From an uncultured Eubacteriales bacterium (GTDB lineage Bacteria > Acidobacteriota > Aminicenantia > Aminicenantales > Saccharicenantaceae): a stretch of 64,000 nucleotides of DNA. The DNA lies in NCBI GenBank assembly GCA_964422165.1, contig CAYQZX010000054.1:7605-71604 (forward strand), written 5' to 3'. The notes beneath the pieces are model-generated. The model did not search any database. It was not told the origin of the DNA and worked only from the letters and a program-made list of their open reading frames with translations. The position numbers and the translations under genes were made by a program. This document shows, piece after piece, positions 28,037-36,750 of the stretch (within the stretch, counting starts at the first letter, position 1; every line of letters begins with the position of its first letter).

Positions 28037-29414
28037 TGCTTTTATTCACCTGATTGATGATGAACCGATTATCCACGACGTTCTCGGTCAGCTTCTGGAA
28101 ACAGAAGGCTACCAGGTGGAAATATCTTCTTCTGGGGAGGAAGCCCTGTCCAAAATGCAGGAACAAAAATATGACCTTATCCTGCTGGACCTGCTTATGC
28201 CTGGAATGGACGGACTCGAGGTACTTAAAAACATAAAAAAAATAGACCCGGAATCGCTGGTTATAATAATAACTGCTTACGCTTCAGTCGAGTCTGCTCT
28301 GGCAGCCATGAAAATAGGTGCCTATGATTACATCCAGAAACCTTTCAAGAATGATGAACTGCTAATGACCATCTCCCGGGCTCTGGAGCACCGCCGTCTG
28401 CAGGAGGAAAACGTCCGGCTGCTGGATGAGCTCAAGAGAAAATTCAGCTTCAATAACATCATCGGCAAGAGCCAGGCTATGATGAATGTTTTTGAGCTGA
28501 TCAAAGCTGCAGCTCCTACCCGTTCAACTATCCTGATACAGGGAGAAAGCGGTACCGGCAAAGAGCTGGTAGCCAGAGCTATTCACCTTAATTCTGACCG
28601 GGCTCACCATCCCTTTATCGTGGTTAACAGCGGCTCGCTGCCACCAGACCTTCTGGAAAGCCATCTGTTCGGCCATGTCAAGGGTGCCTTTACCGGAGCG
28701 GTCTCCGACAAAAAAGGTCTTTTTGAAGCAGCTGATAAAGGGACGATTTTTTTTGATGAAATCTCTTCCATCAGCCTGGAAACCCAGGTCAAGCTCCTTC
28801 GAGTAATGCAGGACAGAGAATTCATGCGCCTGGGCGGGACCAAAACTATTAAAGTTGATGTCCGCATAATAGCAGCTACCAACACAGACCTGGAAGAGCT
28901 GATTGAACAGAAGGCATTCCGAAAAGACCTTTACTACCGCCTCAATGTCATCAAGATTGAGCTGCCGCCGCTTCGGGAAAGAAAAGAGGACATCCCGCTG
29001 CTGGTCAAACATTTCATTGACCTTTATAATCAGGAAAACAAAAAACAGGTGGAAGGAGTCAGTGAAGACGTGATGGGAATCCTGATGGATTACGACTGGC
29101 CCGGCAACGTCCGCGAACTGGAAAATGTACTGGAGAGAGCCGTGGTTCTATGTAAATCCAAAATAATAACCAGAGAACTCCTGCCTCCATTCTTACTGAG
29201 CGGCAAGAAGATTATGTATGAGGAGTTAAGCACCAGCAACCTTAACCTGAAGGAGAAAACCACTGAATTCCAGAAAACGCTGATTATGACTGCCCTGGAA
29301 AAAGCTGGCGGAGTGCAGAAAAAAGCCGCCCAGCTTCTTGGACTAAAACCGACTACCTTAAACGAAATGATCAAGCGTCTAAAAATTAACGCTCGCTTAA
29401 ACCAGGAAAACTGA
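28026..29414 (+). CDS. sigma-54-dependent response regulator (NtrC family); the start was reassigned to ATG 28026, overlapping the kinase stop by 11 nt
   Basis: Receiver domain (LIDDEP...DLILLDLLMPGMDG), AAA+ Walker A GESGTGKE, a GAFTGA-like motif and a C-terminal Fis-type HTH. Confidence 0.9.
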   Translation: MRANAFIHLIDDEPIIHDVLGQLLETEGYQVEISSSGEEALSKMQEQKYDLILLDLLMPGMDGLEVLKNIKKIDPESLVIIITAYASVESALAAMKIGAYDYIQKPFKNDELLMTISRALEHRRLQEENVRLLDELKRKFSFNNIIGKSQAMMNVFELIKAAAPTRSTILIQGESGTGKELVARAIHLNSDRAHHPFIVVNSGSLPPDLLESHLFGHVKGAFTGAVSDKKGLFEAADKGTIFFDEISSISLETQVKLLRVMQDREFMRLGGTKTIKVDVRIIAATNTDLEELIEQKAFRKDLYYRLNVIKIELPPLRERKEDIPLLVKHFIDLYNQENKKQVEGVSEDVMGILMDYDWPGNVRELENVLERAVVLCKSKIITRELLPPFLLSGKKIMYEELSTSNLNLKEKTTEFQKTLIMTALEKAGGVQKKAAQLLGLKPTTLNEMIKRLKINARLNQEN

Positions 29415-29436
29415 GTTTTGAATTGCTCGCTTTAAG

Positions 29437-32157
29437 TTATTTGAAATTACCAGGCACCAGGCGGTAAGGATTTATTTTTACTTTTTTCAGGCTTCCAGTG
29501 AACTCCAGTTCATAGCTCTTGCTGGCCGAATCAACAATCAGCAGATGACTGATGAGCCCACTCTCTGTTTCCAGAACTACCCGCAGAGGAAAAAGCATCG
29601 GTTTTTGAAGCTGTTTGAAGGTTAAAATCAGCTGAGAAGAGGCGCCAGTCTGAACTACCCGTTTTTCAACTCTGACTTCCGGAAGCCTTTCTGAATAGAA
29701 CCAGTCCTGGAAAAATTTCTTCAGGTCTTTTCCGGAAGCTTTTTCTAAGCTAAGCCGGAAATCGACCGTTCGGGCTTCTTTGAACTTATAATCCTGGTAA
29801 AAATCCCGGATCCCCTGAAAAAATATCTCTTCACCCAACAAGTCTTTAAGCATAAAAAGAGCCAGGGCAGCCTTGTTGTAAACTATGGTCTGGTAGCTCT
29901 CAAGATTAATATGACTCAATCTTACCCCCAGAATGATTGGACCAAGGTATGATTTTTTCCGAACCCAGGTTGAGAACTTTTTGATAATATTCTCAAAATC
30001 TTTTTGGCCGTATTTATCCTTGAGGTACAGCACTGTGGAAAATTGGGCCAGACCTTCTATGAGCCAGTTATCACGGTAGCTACCACGAGTTAGGCCGTGT
30101 CCCCACCACTGATGGGCAATTTCATGGGCTAGATAATACTCATTCCAGTACGACAGGTCTACCGGACTTTTGGGGTTGATTATGATGAGGTCCGGTTCCC
30201 TGGAAACAGGTAAATTATCCAGAATGACCAATCCCGGCGGAGCATGGCCACCATAGTTCAGCCAGTATCTTTGAACCAAAGTCAACTGCTCATATGGAAA
30301 CTGACCGAACAGCCCTTGGTAAAATTCCAGAATATTCCGGGCTTCCGTCAGAACTTGCTTTTCCGGATGCCGCCAATCCTGAGTGGTGTAATGTTCAATA
30401 GTCACCCCATTAGTTAATTTTCTACCTCTGTTCAGTTTTCCAACTAAAAAGCTGATGTATTTTACCGGTATCTGATTTTCAAAAACAAAAACCGAGCTGC
30501 CCAAGTTTTCCAGCTCGGTCAGGTTGCTGGCCTCTTTTAACGAATACTGTTCAACCAGCTTACCGCTGGCCACACACTGATAACCATCGGGGACAATTAA
30601 CCTGAGTTTAAAAGTAAAATATTTTTCCCTCACCGGCGCCGGATACCAATCGGTCGACTGGGTAAACAGGAAAGAATTGCTTACATAGGAAATTATAATC
30701 CGGGTGTCCTCGGCTGTCCTCTGAGGAAGGACATCACTTGTTGGAGGCTGCGGAACAATTTTGCCCCGGTAGAAAATTCTCAACTGGAAATTCCGATCCC
30801 GGGAAACTCTTTCAGCCAGATAAACATACAGGTATTTTCTAAGACGGTCGCGAGTATGATAAAGCTCCCGGCCCATCTGATCCTCAATCTTGTGAATCTG
30901 AAGGTCAGGATTTAATCTGAGCTGGAGACTATCAACACCTTCACTCAAAGACCTGAGATGAAGCCGGGCGGCTGCTGCCAGCTGGCCACCCTCAGGGCGA
31001 TAATTGAGTTCTATCTCGTAATGCTTAAGTTCAAATTTTTCCCCAAACCTGACAAACATCCTTTTCTGACCTTCTTCCTGGGGAGAATAACTGTTAAGCA
31101 GCTTGGATCGCGTCCGGTCAAAGAAAGAGATTTCCTCTTCAGCAAAAGGAGAATAAACATAGGTGAATTCTCCTTTTTTAAGTGTCTTCATCTCCAGAAC
31201 AGTCTCTTCTGACCGAGGCAAGAAAGTCAGCAGTTCGCCGGTCAAGGAATTCTCCACCGTAAAAGAGCGAGAATAATTGCGGGAAAATATTGAGTAGACC
31301 TGATTGTGGGTTACTTCCTGTGAACCCTTACTTTCAGTTTGCTCAGAAAATTCATAGCTAAGGTTATTTTTAAAAAAATCACTGGAACCTCTGACATAAA
31401 CGTACTCCAGAGGTTCCTCGAAATAGGGTTTTTTAAACCTCCTCTGGAGCTGCCCTCTCTCCACCTCATCAGATGGCTTAAATTTAACTTGACCTTTTCC
31501 CACGATAATAAGGGCCGTATCCTGGTCAGGCAGGTTGTCAAAGAAAATTTCTCCTTCAGAAAAGCTAACCTCGATATCTTTCTGAGTGAGGCGGATGTTT
31601 CTGGCTCTGAGGCTACCCAATCCAGGAAACCTGAGACGGTAAAGTTCGGGCAGGCTACTGGAGACTGTCCTTTTAAGAACGACCGCTCTTTCCCCTGCGA
31701 CGACATAATTCAACTGCCAGACTTCAATAATAGCTGCATATTCGCCCTGAAAAAATGCCTGGAAAAAAGCCCGTTTCTGGCCATTGGTTTCCTGGCTTTC
31801 ACCGGCATAAAACAGCATAAGAGAATTCATCTGGTTTATTTCAAAATAACGGTTCAGCAGAGATCTTTCAATGTCTCGAATTTCGGGGGAACAGCGGCTC
31901 AGATAATCATCTAAGTTTCTGCTTTCCAGAGCCATTTTAATCTCCAGGAGGTAGTCTGGTATGGCTGATTGACTTGATAAATTACCCCCCCACCACGAGA
32001 AAAAAATCAGCAGGAACAGGCCACAAGCCAGCCGTTTGATGTTTACCCCAAACCGACCTCCTGAAGTCTCATTAAAATTCACATATATATTATATACGAA
32101 ATAATTATTCTTAACTCCTGTTGATAAATTAGCAAGTTTTATGCCAAGGGCAGGCAA
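29437..32157 (-). CDS. M1 family zinc aminopeptidase-like protein, secreted or membrane-anchored
   Basis: Gluzincin motif HEIAHQWWG, with the downstream Glu in NWLIEGLAQF. Confidence 0.8.
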   Translation of the reverse strand: MPALGIKLANLSTGVKNNYFVYNIYVNFNETSGGRFGVNIKRLACGLFLLIFFSWWGGNLSSQSAIPDYLLEIKMALESRNLDDYLSRCSPEIRDIERSLLNRYFEINQMNSLMLFYAGESQETNGQKRAFFQAFFQGEYAAIIEVWQLNYVVAGERAVVLKRTVSSSLPELYRLRFPGLGSLRARNIRLTQKDIEVSFSEGEIFFDNLPDQDTALIIVGKGQVKFKPSDEVERGQLQRRFKKPYFEEPLEYVYVRGSSDFFKNNLSYEFSEQTESKGSQEVTHNQVYSIFSRNYSRSFTVENSLTGELLTFLPRSEETVLEMKTLKKGEFTYVYSPFAEEEISFFDRTRSKLLNSYSPQEEGQKRMFVRFGEKFELKHYEIELNYRPEGGQLAAAARLHLRSLSEGVDSLQLRLNPDLQIHKIEDQMGRELYHTRDRLRKYLYVYLAERVSRDRNFQLRIFYRGKIVPQPPTSDVLPQRTAEDTRIIISYVSNSFLFTQSTDWYPAPVREKYFTFKLRLIVPDGYQCVASGKLVEQYSLKEASNLTELENLGSSVFVFENQIPVKYISFLVGKLNRGRKLTNGVTIEHYTTQDWRHPEKQVLTEARNILEFYQGLFGQFPYEQLTLVQRYWLNYGGHAPPGLVILDNLPVSREPDLIIINPKSPVDLSYWNEYYLAHEIAHQWWGHGLTRGSYRDNWLIEGLAQFSTVLYLKDKYGQKDFENIIKKFSTWVRKKSYLGPIILGVRLSHINLESYQTIVYNKAALALFMLKDLLGEEIFFQGIRDFYQDYKFKEARTVDFRLSLEKASGKDLKKFFQDWFYSERLPEVRVEKRVVQTGASSQLILTFKQLQKPMLFPLRVVLETESGLISHLLIVDSASKSYELEFTGSLKKVKINPYRLVPGNFK

Positions 32158-32269
32158 AATGGGTTTTTTATAAAAATAGGGTGTTTCTACCAGTTAGATT
32201 TAACCTCAGTTAGCTATTTTGGACAGGGCTTTATCCCTGTCTAAGACTGAGATGGAAAGTTTTTTACAT

Positions 32270-32725
32270 CTAAGGCTGAGGCTTGGGTTCCTCTTTCTCT
32301 TTCTTTTCTTTTTTCAGGTATTCTTCCCAGGTGACAAAGCTGTGGTAGAAAATGGCGTCTCCCTCATCAATACCCCGGGTTATTTCAGTGATGTGAGAAG
32401 TGGTCGCTCCAAAAGCTTCAACCGCATAGATAACTGCCTTTTCCGGATCAATATTGTTGCCGCAGGTGTAGATATCTAAAGCTCCATACCTCATTTCGGG
32501 CCAGGTGTGAGTGGAAATATGAGATTCCGAAATCACCACCACGCCACTTACACCGTTCGGCGGGAACTTACTAAAAGAAATAGACCAGACTTGAGCTCCG
32601 GCTATCTCTGCCGCCTTGACCAGAATCTGCTGGACTTTTTCCACACTCCCGATAATTTTCGGGTCACAGCCCGAAGCTTCGACGATGTAATGATGGCCGA
32701 TGGTTGAATGAAACTCTTTGGTCAT
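32270..32725 (-). CDS. speH: S-adenosylmethionine decarboxylase proenzyme (pyruvoyl-dependent SpeH type) with a lysine/glutamate-rich C-terminal tail
   Basis: ESHISTHTWPE matches the self-cleavage/pyruvoyl site. The length fits the small bacterial/archaeal AdoMetDC. Confidence 0.85.
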   Translation of the reverse strand: MTKEFHSTIGHHYIVEASGCDPKIIGSVEKVQQILVKAAEIAGAQVWSISFSKFPPNGVSGVVVISESHISTHTWPEMRYGALDIYTCGNNIDPEKAVIYAVEAFGATTSHITEITRGIDEGDAIFYHSFVTWEEYLKKEKKEKEEPKPQP

Positions 32726-32800
32726 TCAATTCCTCCACTCTGAATTATCAAATTGATTATGGCATAAATGCCAGGCATGTCAAATATTTTTACTAAAAAA

Positions 32801-33244
32801 TTATACCGGAAGGCGAGGATCATTTTTCACTACATTCAACACCAGATGGGTAACCGTTCGCTCTATATGCTTCAGGCTCAGAATTTTCTTCACAAACTGA
32901 TTCAGATCTTCTCGGTTGACAAAACAACCGATAACAATTGAATCCCACTCGCCAGTTATATCATAAACCGAAAGCACCCGGGGATCGTCGGCAATCTTCT
33001 TTTGAGTGTCAAGGAGCTTACCTTCAGAGATTCTTAAACCGATGATGGCCATCAGCCCGAAGCCAAAATACTCCGGCTCAAGCAGTGGGATGTATCCTTT
33101 AATCGCTCCACTATGCTCCAGCTTTTTTATCGTCTGAATAACGGCCGGAACTGAAATTCCTGTTTCTCGGGCAATTTCTCTAAAGCTTTTTCGAGCATTT
33201 TTATTGAGACTGCTGACAATTTTTCTTTCATTTTCAGATGGCAT
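32801..33244 (-). CDS. Lrp/AsnC family transcriptional regulator
   Basis: N-terminal HTH (ARKSFREIARETGISVPAVIQTIKKLE) plus a C-terminal RAM domain. Confidence 0.85.
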   Translation of the reverse strand: MPSENERKIVSSLNKNARKSFREIARETGISVPAVIQTIKKLEHSGAIKGYIPLLEPEYFGFGLMAIIGLRISEGKLLDTQKKIADDPRVLSVYDITGEWDSIVIGCFVNREDLNQFVKKILSLKHIERTVTHLVLNVVKNDPRLPV

Positions 33245-33286
33245 CTTCCCCTCCTTTAATAATTATAAATTTTTTGACTATTTATA

Positions 33287-33315
33287 TTGACAAATGAAAT
33301 TTATTTGCCATAATT
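33287..33315 (+). promoter_or_regulatory. sigma-70-like promoter TTGACA-17-CATAAT upstream of glnA
   Basis: Read from the sequence. glnA ATG is at 33397 with RBS AAAGGAG at 33381-33387. Confidence 0.4.
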
Positions 33316-33396
33316 TATATTAAAATTTAAATTATAGGAAGCTTAAGTATTAACATTTGTGTTAGTCCTTAAAATTTTATAAAGGAGAGCTTAAAA

Positions 33397-34794
33397 ATGC
33401 AAGAAGAAATTCACGGTCTTTATGGTTTCTCCTCAGAAAGAGAGGTTCTGGAAACAGTCAACAACTCGAGCCTCAAAATCGAGTTTGTCAGGATTATGTT
33501 TACTGACATTCTCGGCCGTCCCATGGACTTTTCAATTCCCCGTTCTGAACTGGAAAAGGCGTTTTCTGAAGGTAAAGGTTTCGACGGTTCATCTATTGAG
33601 GGCTTTGTCAGGATTGAAGAAAGTGACCTGATAATAGTTCCTGACCCGAAAAGTTTCCGGGTTTTTCCCTGGACTTACACTGGTTTCGACCCCGGAGTCT
33701 GCTGGCGAGAGGGAATCCTGTTTGGAGACATCTATACCCCCAAAGGGAAGCATTTCAGTGGAGATAGCCGCTACGTCCTGAAAAGAACTCTGGAAAAGAT
33801 GAAAACTGACTTCGGGTTTACCGATTTTAAGTGCGGTCCTGAAATGGAATTCTTTATTTTCCCTGATGACCAGACTCCGCTGCCGACCGACAGTGGCGGT
33901 TATTTTTTTTCCGGAAAACACGGGGAAATAAGGAAGGAGATTCAGCTTATCCTGAAAAAGATGGGTATAGAATCCGAATACGACCATCATGAGGTAGCTC
34001 ACGGCCAGCATGAAATCGACCTGAAGTACCAGAGCGCTCTGGAAATGGCTGATATCGTGATGATTTTCAGGTACATTGCCAAAAAAGTTGCCAGAATGCA
34101 CAACCTTTATGTCACCTTCATGCCCAAGCCAATTACCGGTCAGAACGGAAGCGGAATGCATGTTCATCAGTCCCTGTGGCGGGAGGGCCACAATATTTTC
34201 TTTGAGAAAGATGCTCCATATAACCTTTCCACCGAAGCCTGCCACTATATGGCTGGAATAATTTCCCGGGCCCGCGAAATTTGTTCGATTTTCAGCCAGT
34301 GGATAAATTCTTATAAAAGATTGATTGAGGGATACGAGGCCCCGGTTTATGTGGCCTGGGGCCAGAAGAACCGCTCGGCCTACATCCGCGTTCCTGAGTA
34401 TCAACCGGGCAAAGAAAAGGCCACCCGGATAGAGCTAAGGTCGCCCGACCCCGGTTGTAATATCTACCTGGCCCTGAGCATCATGCTGGCCGCCGGACTG
34501 GACGGATTGAAAAACCAGCTTCCCCTTCCAGAACCGGTGGAAGAAAATATCTATCACATGAGTCCCACCAAACAGAAAAAAACCGGGATTGCGGTTCTTC
34601 CCCGCAATCTAAGGGAAGCCATAAAGCTGACCGAGAAAAGCCAGCTGGTAAGAGACACCCTGGGTGATGAGCTTTGGCAAAAATTTCTGGCTAATAAATA
34701 CAAGGAAATAGAAGATTACCTTAAAAACGTCCCAGAAGAATATGATAAACAGGTCAGCCCTTATGAAATAAAAAGATATCTGCCCATGCTCTAA
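33397..34794 (+). CDS. glnA: glutamine synthetase (GS I-size, 465 aa)
   Basis: GS catalytic signatures (HVHQSLW, NSYKRL) and an N-terminal beta-grasp domain. Confidence 0.9.
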   Translation: MQEEIHGLYGFSSEREVLETVNNSSLKIEFVRIMFTDILGRPMDFSIPRSELEKAFSEGKGFDGSSIEGFVRIEESDLIIVPDPKSFRVFPWTYTGFDPGVCWREGILFGDIYTPKGKHFSGDSRYVLKRTLEKMKTDFGFTDFKCGPEMEFFIFPDDQTPLPTDSGGYFFSGKHGEIRKEIQLILKKMGIESEYDHHEVAHGQHEIDLKYQSALEMADIVMIFRYIAKKVARMHNLYVTFMPKPITGQNGSGMHVHQSLWREGHNIFFEKDAPYNLSTEACHYMAGIISRAREICSIFSQWINSYKRLIEGYEAPVYVAWGQKNRSAYIRVPEYQPGKEKATRIELRSPDPGCNIYLALSIMLAAGLDGLKNQLPLPEPVEENIYHMSPTKQKKTGIAVLPRNLREAIKLTEKSQLVRDTLGDELWQKFLANKYKEIEDYLKNVPEEYDKQVSPYEIKRYLPML

Positions 34795-34859
34795 ACCAGG
34801 GCAGACCTGTCTTTTCTTTTACCATTAATATTTTCTGGTAATAGCTCTGGCTCTTCATT

Positions 34860-35969
34860 CTATTCTCTGAGATGGGAATAGTAAACCCGGTGAACCGTCT
34901 CGACCATGGCCCAAAAATTTTCTAGGGGAACATCAAGCTGTATATGGTGGGTCGGTCCAATAATCAGACCGCCGTTGCAGCCTACTGTTTTTAGCCTTTC
35001 AAGAACCTCCTGTTCAACTTCGGCCGGAGTCCCAAAAGGCAGGGTGTGCTGGAGGTCAAGCGTACCCCAAAAACACAGCCTGTCCCCGAATTCACGCTTT
35101 AGCCAGGATGGGTCCATGCTCCCTGGTTGAACAGGATTCAGCACTTCAACTCCAATTTCAATCAGGTCCGGAATAATCGGATATATATATCCATCAGAAT
35201 GGTAAGCCACCTTAACCCCGGGATTGATATTTTTTACTTCAGAAATGAGCCTGGCCATTCGAGGCTTCAAGAATCGTCGCCAGTGGGACGGGGAAAGCAG
35301 CATTCTGTCCTGCGCTCCGACATCATCTCCCAGCCAGACCATATCCACCCCTAAAGCTGTTAATTTTTTGGCTACTTCGAGGTGGTAGAAAAAAGGAATA
35401 TCAAAAAGTCTTTCGACCTGTTCCGGGTTACGGACCATATCCAGCAGAGTTCGTTCAAAACCGCGAAGAGCCCAGGCTGTTTCGAAGATGGTAGTCACCA
35501 CCACCCCCACTATCCAGTAGTCTTTTTGAAATTCTTTAAGAACTCTAATGACCTCGGTATAAAGCTCTGGTCTATGGGGGTCTGGAGCCCGGTAGGAAGT
35601 GAGGGCTTCGTCTTCGGCCAGCGGATGACCAACTATCTCCGTGTACCTTCCCCGACCAAACCTGGTTTCATACTCGACGTTTCTCCATCCAACTCCCCAT
35701 TCGTCCACGTATGAGACTCCATCCTGGCTTAAGCTCTCGGTAGCATAATAAGAATTGGCCCAGCCTACCGAAGTCAGCAGCAGGTCGCAGCCAATTTTTC
35801 TTTCGAGCTGATAAGTGTTTCCGCCACCATGGGGGTTGTAATTTTCATCTTCCAGACCAAAAGACTTCCTCAGTCTGGTCGCAAATTCGGGAGTAAAACT
35901 CACCTGCAATGGACAGCGGTCAGGTTCCTCATGGTTTAAAGCCAGCTCCACTCTTTCTCTCGGCTTCAT
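34860..35969 (-). CDS. uroporphyrinogen decarboxylase (URO-D) family protein (MtaA/CmuA-like methyltransferase fold)
   Basis: Length and N-terminal region are typical of URO-D superfamily members. Substrate specificity is not inferable. Confidence 0.65.
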   Translation of the reverse strand: MKPRERVELALNHEEPDRCPLQVSFTPEFATRLRKSFGLEDENYNPHGGGNTYQLERKIGCDLLLTSVGWANSYYATESLSQDGVSYVDEWGVGWRNVEYETRFGRGRYTEIVGHPLAEDEALTSYRAPDPHRPELYTEVIRVLKEFQKDYWIVGVVVTTIFETAWALRGFERTLLDMVRNPEQVERLFDIPFFYHLEVAKKLTALGVDMVWLGDDVGAQDRMLLSPSHWRRFLKPRMARLISEVKNINPGVKVAYHSDGYIYPIIPDLIEIGVEVLNPVQPGSMDPSWLKREFGDRLCFWGTLDLQHTLPFGTPAEVEQEVLERLKTVGCNGGLIIGPTHHIQLDVPLENFWAMVETVHRVYYSHLRE

Positions 35970-36012
35970 GTCTTTACTCTTTTTTTATATACTTTGCCAG
36001 AAAAAATTTTTC

Positions 36013-36042
36013 TTGACAAACATTTTTGGGTTTAGATATAAA
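36013..36042 (+). promoter_or_regulatory. candidate promoter TTGACA-17/18-(A)TATAA(A), about 235 nt upstream of the NuoE-like gene
   Basis: Consensus -35 with an A/T-rich -10. It implies a long leader. Confidence 0.3.
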
Positions 36043-36118
36043 AAAAATTGGTTTTATAGGGTTTAGGTTAAGAAGGAGTTATTCATTATTATTTATTTTT
36101 CTTACCCATCTTTCTCTA

Positions 36119-36146
36119 TTTGCCAGGGAAGGGCAAATCTCTTTTT
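36119..36146 (+). terminator. hairpin TTTGCC-agggaag-GGCAAA followed by tctcttttta; a terminator/attenuator-like element inside the putative leader
   Basis: 6-bp stem with a 7-nt loop and a U-rich tract, seen directly in the sequence. Confidence 0.3.
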
Positions 36147-36276
36147 AAGACCAAGCCATTTTTTGTCTTCTTTTTTTCTGAAGAGGATAACAAACTGGAC
36201 CAGTGTAATGTCGCTTATCAAGAAAGGCTATAATGGAATTAGGGAAAAAAACTTATTATAAAAATGGAGGCAAAGA

Positions 36277-36750
36277 TTGAGTGCCAACCAAACTGTTAAT
36301 CTGGAAAAAATCCAGGAAATTGTGGAAAGGTATGGTTACGACAAAAGCAAGTTGATTTCCATCCTGCAGGACATCCAGGCCGTTTATCATTACCTGCCTG
36401 CTCAGGCTCTCAAGCTGGTCGCAGGCTATCTAAAAATTCCACTGATTGACATTATTTCAGTTGCCACTTTTTACCGGGCCTTCAGCCTTAAGCCGCGGGG
36501 GGAACATGTCGCTACGGTCTGCATGGGAACAGCTTGTCATGTTCGGGGAGCACCCAGGATACTGGAAGAATTTGAGCGTCAGTTGAACCTCAAGAAAGGA
36601 GAAACTTCTGAGGATGGCAAGTGGTCCTTAGAAACTGTAGCCTGCCTCGGGTGCTGCGCCATCGGTCCGGTAGTGGTAGTGGATGGAGACTATCATGCCC
36701 ACACTACTATAAGAAAGGTCTCTAACATCCTGCATAAATATCAAAAGTGA
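36277..36750 (+). CDS. NuoE/HoxE/HydC-like thioredoxin-fold [2Fe-2S] subunit
   Basis: CMGTACHVRG...CLGCCAIGP cysteine pattern. TTG start. Confidence 0.8.
   Translation: MSANQTVNLEKIQEIVERYGYDKSKLISILQDIQAVYHYLPAQALKLVAGYLKIPLIDIISVATFYRAFSLKPRGEHVATVCMGTACHVRGAPRILEEFERQLNLKKGETSEDGKWSLETVACLGCCAIGPVVVVDGDYHAHTTIRKVSNILHKYQK

Noticed and set aside
34795-34859. Bidirectional terminator between convergent glnA and the URO-D-family gene
   Set aside because: Only a 4-bp stem (AGAC/GTCT) with a T-run could be found. This is too weak to call.
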